From Eledone cirrhosa (lineage: Eukaryota), in assembly GCA_964016885.1 (NCBI GenBank), contig OZ024740.1:106578001-106642000 (forward strand): a stretch of DNA of 64,000 nucleotides, read 5' to 3'. The position numbers and the translations under genes are program-made. The number at the start of each line of letters is the position of its first letter. Position 1 is the stretch's first letter. The notes beneath the pieces were generated by a model, which did no database searches, was not told the origin of the DNA, and saw only the letters and a program-made list of their open reading frames with translations. Of this stretch, positions 45,901 through 62,300 are shown one piece after another.

Positions 45901-48779
45901 CATATATTATCTATATCACACCTCCATATATTACCTATATCATATCTCCATATATTACCTATATCACACCTCCATATATTACCTATATCACACCTCCATA
46001 TATTATCTATATCACACCTCCATATATTACCTATATCACATCTCCATATATTACCTATATCACACCTCCATATATTACCTATATCATACCTCCATATATT
46101 ACCTATATCACACCTCCATATATTACCTATATCACACCTCCATATATTACCTATATCATACCTCCATGTATTACCTATATCACACCTCCATATATTACCT
46201 ATATCACATCTCCATATATTACCTATATCACACCTCCCTATATTACCTATATCACACCTCCATATATTATCTATATCACACCTCCATATATTACCTATAT
46301 CACATCTCCATATATTACCTATATCACACCTCCATATATTACCTATATCACACCTCCATATATTATCTATATCACACCTCCATATATTACCTATATCACA
46401 TCTCCATATATTACCTATATCACACCTCCATATATTACCTATATCATACCTCCATATATTACCTATATCACACCTCCATATATTACCTATATCACACCTC
46501 CATATATTACCTATATCACACCTCCATATATTACCTATATCATACCTCCATGTATTACCTATATCACACCTCCATATATTACCTATATCACATCTCCATA
46601 TGTTACCTATATCACACCTCCATATATTACCTATATCACACCTCCATATATTATCTATATCACACCTCCATATATTACCTATATCACATCTCCATATATT
46701 GCCTATATCACACCTCCAAATATTACCTATATCACACCTCCATATATTATCTATATCACACCTCCATATATTACCTATATCACATCTCCATATATTACCT
46801 ATATCACACCTCCATATATTACCTATATCATACCTCCATATAATACCTGTATCATACCTCCATATATTACCTATATCACACACCTCCATATATTACCTAT
46901 ATCACACCTCCATATATTACCTATATCATACCTCGATATATTACCTATATCACACCTTCATATATTACATATATCACACCTCCATATATTACCTATATCA
47001 CATCTCCATATATTACCTATATCACACCTCCATACATTACCTATATCACATCTCCATATATTACCTATATCACACCTCCATATATTACCTATATCTCACC
47101 TCCATATATTATCTATATCACACCTCCATATATTACCTATATCACATCTCCATATATTACCTATATTACACCTCCATATATTACCTATATCACACCTCCA
47201 TATATTATCTATATCACACCTCCATATATTATCTATATCACATCTCTATATATTACCTATATCACACCTCCATATATTACCTATATCACACCTCCATATA
47301 TTACCTATATCACACCTCCATATATTACCTATATCACATCTCCATATATTACCTATATCACACCTCCATATATTACCTATATCACACCTCCATATATTAT
47401 CTATATCACACCTCCATATATTACCTATATCACATCTCCATATATTACCTATATCTCACCTCCATATATTACCTATATCACACCTCCATATATTATCTAT
47501 ATCACACCTCCATATATTACCTATATCACATCTCCATATATTACTTATATCACACCTCCATATATTACCTATATCACACCTCCATATATATCCTATATAA
47601 TACCTCCATGTATTACCTATATCACACCTCCATATATTACCTATATCAGATCTCCATATATTACCTATATCATACCTACATGTATTACCTATAAAACACC
47701 TCCATATATTACCTATATCACATCTCCATATATTACCTATATCACACCTCCATATATTACTTATATCACACCTCCATATATTATCTATATCACATCTCCA
47801 TATATTACCTGTATCACATCTCCATATATTACCTATATCACACCTCCATATATTACCTATATCACATCTCCATATATTACCTATATCACATCTCCATATA
47901 TGACCTATATCACACCTCCATATATTACCTATATCACATCTCCATATATTACCTATATCACATCTCCATATATGACCTATATCACACCTGCATATATTAC
48001 CTATATCACATCTCCTTATATTACCTATATCATACCTCCATATATTACCTATATCACACCTCCATATATTACCTATATCACATCTCCATATATTACCTAT
48101 ATCACACCTCCATATATTACCTATATCACACCTCCATATATTACCTATATCATACCTCCATATATTTCCTATATCACACCTCCATATATTACCAATATCA
48201 CATCGCCATATATTATCTATATCACACCTCCATATATTACCTATATCACATCTCCATATATTACCTATATCACATCTCCATATATTACCTATATCACACC
48301 TCCATATATTACCTATATCACATCCCCATATATTACTTATATCACACCTCCATATATTACCTATATCACATCTCCATATATTACCAATATCACACCTCCA
48401 TATATTACCTATATCATACCTCCATATATTACCTATATCACACCTCCATATATTACCTATATCACACCTCCATATATTACCTATATCACACCTCCATATA
48501 TTACCTATATCATACCTCCATGTATTCCCTATATCACACCTCCATATATTACCTATATCACATCTCCATATATTACCTATATCACATCTCCATATATATC
48601 ATATATCACACCTCCATATATTATCTATATCACAACTCCATATATTACCTATATCACATCTCCATATATTACTTATATCACACCTCCATATATTACCTAT
48701 ATCACACCTCCATATATTATCTATATCACACCTCCATATATTACCTATATCACATCTCCATATATTACCTATATCACAC

Positions 48780-51700
48780 CTCCATATATTATCTATATCA
48801 CAACTCCATATATTACCTATATCATACCTCCATGTATTACCTATATCACACCTCCATATATTACCTATATCACATCTCCATATATTACCTATATCACACC
48901 TCCATATATTATCTATATCACAACTCCATATATTACCTATATCATACCTCCATGTATTACCTATATCACACCTCCATATATTACCTATATCACATCTCCA
49001 TATATTACCTATATCACACCTCCATATATTACCTATATCACACCTCCATATATTACCTATATCACATCTCCATATATTACCTATATCACATCTCCATATA
49101 TTACCTATATCACACCTCCATACATTACCTATATCACATCTCCATATATTACCTATATCACACCTCCATATATTACCTATATCTCACCTCCATATATTAT
49201 CTATATCACACCTCCATATATTACCTATATCACATCTCCATATATTACCTATATTACACCTCCATATATTACCTATATCACACCTCCATATATTATCTAT
49301 ATCACACCTCCATATATTATCTATATCACATCTCTATATATTACCTATATCACACCTCCATATATTACCTATATCACAACTCCATATATTACCTATATCA
49401 CACCTCCATATATTACCTATATCACATCTCCATATATTACCTATATCACACCTCCATATATTACCTATATCACACCTCCATATATTTTCTATATCACACC
49501 TCCATATATTACCTATATCACATCTCCATATATTACCTATATCTCACCTCCATATATTACCTATATCACACTTCCATATATTATCTATATCACACCTCCA
49601 TATATTACCTATATCACATCTCCATATATTACTTATATCACACCTCCATATATTACCTATATCACACCTCCATATATATCCTATATAATACCTCCATGTA
49701 TTACCTATATCACACCTCCATATATTACCTATATCACATCTCCATATATTACCTATATCATACCTCCATGTATTACCTATAAAACACCTCCATATATTAC
49801 CTATATCACATCTCCATATATTACCTATATCACACCTCCATATATTACCTATATCACACCTCCATATATTACCTATATCACACCTCCATATATTATCTAT
49901 ATCACATCTCCATATATTACCTGTATCACATCTCCATATATTACCTATATCACACCTCCATATATTACCTATATCACATCTCCATATATTACCTATATCA
50001 CATCTCCATATATGACCTATATCACACCTCCATATATTACCTATATCACATCTCCATATATTACCTATATCACATCTCCATATATGACCTATATCACACC
50101 TCCATATATTACCTATATCACATCTCCTTATATTACCTATATCATACCTCCATATATTACCTATATCACACCTCCATATATTACCTATATCACATCTCCA
50201 TATATTACCTATATCACACCTCCATATATTACCTATATCACACCTCCATATATTACCTATATCATACCTCCATATATTTCCTATATCACACCTCCATATA
50301 TTACCTATATCACATCGCCATATATTATCTATATCACACCTCCATATATTACCTATATCACATCTCCATATATTACCTATATCACATCTCCATATATTAC
50401 CTATATCACACCTCCATATATTACCTATATCACATCCCCATATATTACTTATATCACACCTCCATATATTACCTATATCACATCTCCATATATTACCAAT
50501 ATCACACCTCCATATATTACCTATATCATACCTCCATATATTACCTATATCACACCTCCATATATTACCTATATCACACCTCCATATATTACCTATATCA
50601 CACCTCCATATATTACCTATATCATACCTCCATGTATTCCCTATATCACACCTCCATATATTACCTATATCACATCTCCATATATTACCTATATCACATC
50701 TCCATATATATCATATATCACACCTCCATATATTATCTATATCACAACTCCATATATTACCTATATCACATCTCCATATATTACTTATATCACACCTCCA
50801 TATATTACCTATATCACACCTCCATATATTATCTATATCACACCTCCATGTATTACCTATATCACACCTCCATATATTATCTATATCACACCTCCATATA
50901 TTACCTATATCACACCTCCATATATTATCTATATCACAACTCCATATATTACCTATATCATACCTCCATGTATTACCTATATCACACCTCCATATATTAC
51001 CTATATCACATCTCCATATATTACCTATATCACACCTCCATATATTATCTATATCACAACTCCATATATTACCTATATCATACCTCCATGTATTACCTAT
51101 ATCACACCTCCATATATTACCTATATCACATCTCCATATATTACCTATATCACACCTCCATATATTACCTATATCACACCTCCATATATTACCTATATCA
51201 CATCTCCATATATTACCTATATCACATCTCCATATATTACCTATATCACACCTCCATACATTACCTATATCACATCTCCATATATTACCTATATCACACC
51301 TCCATATATTACCTATATCTCACCTCCATATATTATCTATATCACACCTCCATATATTACCTATATCACATCTCCATATATTACCTATATTACACCTCCA
51401 TATATTACCTATATCACACCTCCATATATTATCTATATCACACCTCCATATATTATCTATATCACATCTCTATATATTACCTATATCACACCTCCATATA
51501 TTACCTATATCACAACTCCATATATTACCTATATCACACCTCCATATATTACCTATATCACATCTCCATATATTACCTATATCACACCTCCATATATTAC
51601 CTATATCACACCTCCATATATTTTCTATATCACACCTCCATATATTACCTATATCACATCTCCATATATTACCTATATCTCACCTCCATATATTACCTAT

Positions 51701-53380
51701 ATCACACCTCCATATATTATCTATATCACACCTCCATATATTACCTATATCACATCTCCATATATTACTTATATCACACCTCCATATATTACCTATATCA
51801 CACCTCCATATATATCCTATATAATACCTCCATGTATTACCTATATCACACCTCCATATATTACCTATATCACATCTCCATATATTACCTATATCATACC
51901 TCCATGTATTACCTATAAAACACCTCCATATATTACCTATATCACATCTCCATATATTACCTATATCACACCTCCATATATTACCTATATCACACCTCCA
52001 TATATTACCTATATCACACCTCCATATATTATCTATATCACATCTCCATATATTACCTGTATCACATCTCCATATATTACCTATATCACACCTCCATATA
52101 TTACCTATATCACATCTCCATATATTACCTATATCACATCTCCATATATGACCTATATCACACCTCCATATATTACCTATATCACATCTCCATATATTAC
52201 CTATATCACATCTCCATATATGACCTATATCACACCTCCATATATTACCTATATCACATCTCCTTATATTACCTATATCATACCTCCATATATTACCTAT
52301 ATCACACCTCCATATATTACCTATATCACATCTCCATATATTACCTATATCACACCTCCATATATTACCTATATCACACCTCCATATATTACCTATATCA
52401 TACCTCCATATATTTCCTATATCACACCTCCATATATTACCTATATCACATCGCCATATATTATCTATATCACACCTCCATATATTACCTATATCACATC
52501 TCCATATATTACCTATATCACATCTCCATATATTACCTATATCACACCTCCATATATTACCTATATCACATCCCCATATATTACTTATATCACACCTCCA
52601 TATATTACCTATATCACATCTCCATATATTACCAATATCACACCTCCATATATTACCTATATCATACCTCCATATATTACCTATATCACACCTCCATATA
52701 TTACCTATATCACACCTCCATATATTACCTATATCACACCTCCATATATTACCTATATCATACCTCCATGTATTCCCTATATCACACCTCCATATATTAC
52801 CTATATCACATCTCCATATATTACCTATATCACATCTCCATATATATCATATATCACACCTCCATATATTATCTATATCACAACTCCATATATTACCTAT
52901 ATCACATCTCCATATATTACTTATATCACACCTCCATATATTACCTATATCACACCTCCATATATTATCTATATCACACCTCCATGTATTACCTATATCA
53001 CACCTCCATATATTATCTATATCACACCTCCATATATTACCTATATCACACCTCCATATATTATCTATATCACAACTCCATATATTACCTATATCATACC
53101 TCCATGTATTACCTATATCACACCTCCATATATTACCTATATCACATCTCCATATATTACCTATATCACACCTCCATATATTATCTATATCACAACTCCA
53201 TATATTACCTATATCATACCTCCATGTATTACCTATATCACACCTCCATATATTACCTATATCACATCTCCATATATTACCTATATCACACCTCCATATA
53301 TTACCTATATCACACCTCCATATATTACCTATATCACATCTCCATATATTACCTATATCACATCTCCATATATTACCTAT
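48780..53380. repeat. Near-perfect tandem duplication of an 89-monomer (2136-bp) block
   Basis: Marker pairs offset by 2136: atacatt 49123/51259, ttttct 49485/51621, TAA 49782/51918, tgtattccc 50632/52768. Boundaries are approximate. Confidence 0.85.
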
Positions 53381-56300
53381 ATCACATCTCCATATATGAC
53401 CTATATCACACCTCCACATATTACCTATATCACATCTCCATATATTACCTATATCACATCTCCATATATTACATATATCATACCTCCATATATTACCTAT
53501 ATCACATCTCCATATATTACCTATATCACATCTCCATATATTACCTATATCACATCTCCATATATTACCTATATCACACCTCCATATATTACCTATATAA
53601 CACCTCCATATATTACCTATATCACATCTCCATATATTACCTATATCACATCTCCATATATTACCTATATCACACCTCCATATATTATCTATATCACACC
53701 TCCATATATTACCTATATCACATCTCCATATATATCATATATCACACCTCCATATATTATCTATATCACAACTCCATATATTACCTATATCATACCTCCA
53801 TGTATTACCTATAAAACACCTCCATATATTACCTATATCACATCTCCATATATTACCTATATCACACCTCCATATATTACCTATATCACACCTCCATATA
53901 TTATCTATATCACATCTCCATATATTACCTGTATCACATCTCCATATATTACCTATATCACACCTCCATATATTACCTATATCACATCTCCATATATTAC
54001 CTATATCACATCTCCATATATGACCTATATCACACCTCCATATATTACCTATATCACATCTCCATATATTACCTATATCATACCTCCATATATTACCTAT
54101 ATCACACCTCCATATATTACCTATATCACATCTCCATATATTACCTATATCACACCTCCATATATTACCTATATCACACCTCCATATATTACCTATATCA
54201 TACCTCCATATATTTCCTATATCACACCTCCATATATTACCTATATCACATCGCCATATATTATCTATATCACACCTCCATATATTACCTATATCACATC
54301 TCCATATATTACCTATATCACATCTCCATATATTACCTATATCACACCTCCATATATTACCTATATCACATCCCCATATATTACTTATATCACACCTCCA
54401 TATATTACCTATATCACATCTCCATATATTACCAATATCACACCTCCATATATTACCTATATCATACCTCCATATATTACCTATATCACACCTCCATATA
54501 TTACCTATATCACACCTCCATATATTACCTATATCACACCTCCATATATTACCTATATCATACCTCCATGTATTCCGTATATCACACCTCCATATATTAC
54601 CTATATCACATCTCCATATATTACCTATATCACATCTCCATATATATCATATATCACACCTCCATATATTATCTATATCACAACTCCATATATTACCTAT
54701 ATCATACCTCCATGTATTACCTATAAAACACCTCCATATATTACCTATATCACATCTCCATATATTACCTATATCACATCGCCATATATTATCTATATCA
54801 CACCTCCATATATTACCTATATCATACCTCCATATATTTCCTATATCACACCTCCATATATTACCTATATCACATCGCCATATATTATCTATATCACACC
54901 TCCATATATTACCTATATCACATCTCCATATATTACCTATATCACATCTCCATATATTACCTATATCACACCTCCATATATTACCTATATCACATCCCCA
55001 TATATTACTTATATCACACCTCCATATATTACCTATATCACATCTCCATATATTACCAATATCACACCTCCATATATTACCTATATCATACCTCCATATA
55101 TTACCTATATCACACCTCCATATATTACCTATATCACACCTCCATATATTACCTATATCACACCTCCATATATTACCTATATCATACCTCCATGTATTCC
55201 CTATATCACACCTCCATATATTACCTATATCACACCTCCATATATTACCTATATCACATCTCCATATATATCATATATCACACCTCCATATATTATCTAT
55301 ATCACAACTCCATATATTACCTATATCATACCTCCATGTATTACCTATAAAACACCTCCATATATTACCTATATCACATCTCCATATATTACCTATATCA
55401 CACCTCCATATATTACCTATATCACACCTCCATATATTATCTATATCACATCTCCATATATTACCTGTATCACATCTCCATATATTACTTATATCACACC
55501 TCCATATATTACCTATATCACATCTCCATATATTACCTATATCACATCTCCATATATGACCTATATCACACCTCCATATATTACCTATATCACATCTCCA
55601 TATATTACGTATATCACATCTCCATATATGACCTATATCACACCTCCATATATTACCTATATCACATCTCCTTATATTACCTATATCATACCTCCATATA
55701 TTACCTATATCACACCTCCATATATTACCTATATCACATCTCCATATATTACCTATATCACACCTTAATATATTACCTATATCACACCTCCATATATTAC
55801 CTATATCATACCTCCATATATTTCCTATATCACACCTCCATATATTACCTATATCACATCGCCATATATTATCTATATCACACCTCCATATATTACCTAT
55901 ATCACATCTCCATATATTACCTATATCACATCTCCATATATTACCTATATCACACCTCCATATATTACCTATATCACATCTCCATATATTACCTATATCA
56001 CATCTCCATATATGACCTATATCACACCTCCATATATTACCTATATCACATCTCCATATATTACCTATATTACATCTCCATATAAGACCTATATCACACC
56101 TCCATATATTACCTATATCACATCTCCTTATATTACCTATATCATACCTCCATATATTACCTATATCACACCTCCATATATTACCTATATCACATCTCCA
56201 TATATTACCTATATCACACCTCCATATATTACCTATATCACACCTCCATATATTACCTATATCATACCTCCATATATTTCCTATATCACACCTCCATATA

Positions 56301-59300
56301 TTACCTATATCACATCGCCATATATTATCTATATCACACCTCCATATATTACCTATATCACATCTCCATATATTACCTATATCACATCTCCATATATTAC
56401 CTATATCACACCTCCATATATTACCTATATCACATCCCCATATATTACTTATATCACACCTCCATATATTACCTATATCACATCTCCATATATTACCAAT
56501 ATCACACCTCCATATATTACCTATATCATACCTCCATATATTACCTATATCACACCTCCATATATTACCTATATCACACCTCCATATATTACCTATATCA
56601 CACCTCCATATATTACCTATATCATACCTCCATGTATTCCCTATATCACACCTCCATATATTACCTATATCACATCTCCATATATTACCTATATCACATC
56701 TCCATATATATCATATATCACACCTCCATATATTATCTATATCACAACTCCATATATTACCTATATCACATCTCCATATATTACTTATATCACACCTCCA
56801 TATATTACCTATATCACACCTCCATATATTATCTATATCACACCTCCATATATTACCTATATCACATCTCCATATATTACCTATATCACACCTCCATATA
56901 TTATCTATATCACAACTCCATATATTACCTATATCATACCTCCATGTATTACCTATATCACACCTCCATATATTACCTATATCACATCTCCATATATTAC
57001 CTATATCACACCTCCATATATTATCTATATCACAACTCCATATATTACCTATATCATACCTCCATGTATTACCTATATCACACCTCCATATATTACCTAT
57101 ATCACATCTCCATATATTACCTATATCACACCTCCATATATTACCTATATCACACCTCCATATATTACCTATATCACATCTCCATATATTACCTATATCA
57201 CATCTCCATATATTACCTATATCACATCTCCATATATGACCTATATCACACCTCCACATATTACCTATATCACATCTCCATATATTACCTATATCACATC
57301 TCCATATATTACATATATCATACCTCCATATATTACCTATATCACATCTCCATATATTACCTATATCACATCTCCATATATTACCTATATCACATCTCCA
57401 TATATTACCTATATCACACCTCCATATATTACCTATATAACACCTCCATATATTACCTATATCACATCTCCATATATTACCTATATCACATCTCCATATA
57501 TTACCTATATCACACCTCCATATATTACCTATATCACACCTCCATATATTACCTATATCACATCTCCATATATATCATATATCACACCTCCATATATTAT
57601 CTATATCACAACTCCATATATTACCTATATCATACCTCCATGTATTACCTATAAAACACCTCCATATATTACCTATATCACATCTCCATATATTACCTAT
57701 ATCACACCTCCATATATTACCTATATCACACCTCCATATATTATCTATATCACATCTCCATATATTACCTGTATCACATCTCCATATATTACCTATATCA
57801 CACCTCCATATATTACCTATATCACATCTCCATATATTACCTATATCACATCTCCATATATGACCTATATCACACCTCCATATATTAACTATATCACATC
57901 TCCATATATTACCTATATCACATCTCCATATATGACCTATATCACACCTCCATATATTACCTATATCACATCTCCTTATATTACCTATATCATACCTCCA
58001 TATATTACCTATATCACACCTCCATATATTACCTATATCACATCTCCATATATTACCTATATCACACCTCCATATATTACCTATATCACACCTCCATATA
58101 TTACCTATATCATACCTCCATATATTTCCTATATCACACCTCCATATATTACCTATATCACATCGCCATATATTATCTATATCACACCTCCATATATTAC
58201 CTATATCACATCTCCATATATTACCTATATCACATCTCCATATATTACCTATATCACACCTCCATATATTACCTATATCACATCTCCATATATTACTTAT
58301 ATCACACCTCCATATATTACCTATATCACATCTCCATATATTACCAATATCACACCTCCATATATTACCTATATCATACCTCCATATATTACCTATATCA
58401 CACCTCCATATATTACCTATATCACACCTCCATATATTACCTATATCACACCTCCATATATTACCTATATCATACCTCCATGTATTCCGTATATCACACC
58501 TCCATATATTACCTATATCACATCTCCATATATTACCTATATCACATCTCCATATATATCATATATCACACCTCCATATATTATCTATATCACAACTCCA
58601 TATATTACCTATATCATACCTCCATGTATTACCTATAAAACACCTCCATATATTACCTATATCACATCTCCATATATTACCTATATCACATCGCCATATA
58701 TTATCTATATCACACCTCCATATATTACCTATATCATACCTCCATATATTTCCTATATCACACCTCCATATATTACCTATATCACATCGCCATATATTAT
58801 CTATATCACACCTCCATATATTACCTATATCACATCTCCATATATTACCTATATCACATCTCCATATATTACCTATATCACACCTCCATATATTACCTAT
58901 ATCACATCCCCATATATTACTTATATCACACCTCCATATATTACCTATATCACATCTCCATATATTACCAATATCACACCTCCATATATTACCTATATCA
59001 TACCTCCATATATTACCTATATCACACCTCCATATATTACCTATATCACACCTCCATATATTACCTATATCACACCTCCATATATTACCTATATCATACC
59101 TCCATGTATTCCCTATATCACACCTCCATATATTATCTATATCACAACTCCATATATTACCTATATCATACCTCCATATATTACCTATATCACGCCTCCA
59201 TATATTACCTATATCACACCTCCATATATTATCTATATCACATCTCCATATATTACCTGTATCACATCTCCATATATTACTTATATCACACCTCCATATA

Positions 59301-62300
59301 TTACCTATATCACATCTCCATATATTACCTATATCACATCTCCATATATGACCTATATCACACCTCCATATATTACCTATATCACATCTCCATATATTAC
59401 CTATATCACATCTCCATATATGACCTATATCACACCTCCATATATTACCTATATCACATCTCCTTATATTACCTATATCACATCTCCATATATTACCTAT
59501 ATCACACCTCCATATATTACCTATATCATACCTCCATATAATACCTGTATCATACCTCCATATATTACCTATATCACACCTCCATATATTACCTATATCA
59601 CACCTCCATATATTACCTATATCATACCTCGATATATTACCTATATCACACCTTCATATATTACCTATATCACACCTCCATATATTACCTATATCACATC
59701 TCCATATATTACCTATATCACACCTCCATACATTACCTATATCACATCTCCATATATTACCTATATCACACCTCCATATATTACCTATATCTCACCTCCA
59801 TATATTATCTATATCACACCTCCATATATTACCTATATCACATCTCCATATATTACCTATATTACACCTCCGTATATTACCTATATCACACCTCCATATA
59901 TTATCTATATCACACCTCCATATATTATCTATATCACATCTCTATATATTACCTATATCACACCTCCATATATTACCTATATCACACCTCCATATATTAC
60001 CTATATCAGACCTCCATATATTACCTATATCACATCTCCATATATTACCTATATCACACCTCCATATATTACCTATATCACACCTCCATATATTATCTAT
60101 ATCACACCTCCATATATTACCTATATCACATCTCCATATATTACCTATATCTCACCTCCATATATTACCTATATCACACCTCCATATATTATCTATATCA
60201 CACCTCCATATATTACCTATATCACATCTCCATATATTACTTATATCACACCTCCATATATTACCTATATCACACCTCCATATATATCCTATATAATACC
60301 TCCATGTATTACCTATATCACACCTCCATATATTACCTATATCACATCTCCATATATTACCTATATCATACCTCCATGTATTACCTATAAAACACCTCCA
60401 TATATTACCTATATCACATCTCCATATATTACCTATATCACACCTCCATATATTACCTATATCACACCTCCATATATTATCTATATCACATCTCCATATA
60501 TTACCTGTATCACATCTCCATATATTACCTATATCACACCTCCATATATTACCTATATCACATCTCCATATATTACCTATATCACATCTCCATATATGAC
60601 CTATATCACACCTCCATATATTACCTATATCACATCTCCATATATTACCTATATCACATCTCCATATATGACCTATATCACACCTCCATATATTACCTAT
60701 ATCACATCTCCTTATATTACCTATATCATACCTCCATATATTACCTATATCACACCTCCATATATTACCTATATCACGTCTCCATATATTACCTATATCA
60801 CACCTCCATATATTACCTATATCACACCTCCATATATTACCTATATCACACCTCCATATATTACCTATATCACATCTCCATATATTACCTATATCACATC
60901 TCCATATATGACCTATATCACACCTCCATATATTACCTATATCACATCTCCTTATATTACCTATATCATACCTCCATATATTACCTATATCACACCTCCA
61001 TATATTACCTATATCACGTCTCCATATATTACCTATATCACACCTCCATATATTACCTATATCACACCTCCATATATTACCTATATCATACCTCCATATA
61101 TTTCCTATATCACACCTCCATATATTACCTATATCACATCGCCATATATTATGTATATCACACCTTCATATATTACCTATATCATACCTCCATATATTAC
61201 CTATATCACACCTCCATATATTACCTATATCACACCTCCATATATTACCTATATCACACCTCCATATATTACCTATATCATACCTCCATGTATTCCCTAT
61301 ATCACACCTCCATATATTACCTATATCACATCTCCATATATTACCTATATCACATCTCCATATATATCATATATCACACCTCCATATATTATCTATATCA
61401 CAACTCCATATATTACCTATATCACATCTCCATATATTACTTATATCACACCTCCATATATTACCTATATCACACCTCCATATATTATCTATATCACACC
61501 TCCATATATTACCTATATCACATCTCCATATATTACCTATATCACACCTCCATATATTATCTATATCACAACTCCATATATTACCTATATCATACCTCCA
61601 TGTATTACCTATATCACACCTCCATATATTACCTATATCACATCTCCATATATTACCTATATCACACCTCCATATATTATCTATATCACAACTCCATATA
61701 TTACCTATATCATACCTCCATGTATTACCTATATCACACCTCCATATATTACCTATATCACATCTCCATATATTACCTATATCACACCTCCATATATTAC
61801 CTATATCACACCTCCATATATTACCTATATCACATCTCCATATATTACCTATATCACATCTCCATATATTACCTATATCACATCTCCATATATGACCTAT
61901 ATCACACCTCCACATATTACCTATATCACATCTCCATATATTACCTATATCACATCTCCATATATTACATATATCATACCTCCATATATTACCTATATCA
62001 CATCTCCATATATTACCTATATCACATCTCCATATATTACCTATATCACATCTCCATATATTACCTATATCACACCTCCATATATTACCTATATAACACC
62101 TCCATATATTACCTATATCACATCTCCATATATTACCTATATCACATCTCCATATATTACCTATATCACACCTCCATATATTACCTATATCACACCTCCA
62201 TATATTATCTATATCACATCTCCATATATTACCTGTATCACATCTCCATATATTACCTATATCACACCTCCATATATTACCTATATCACATCTCCATATA

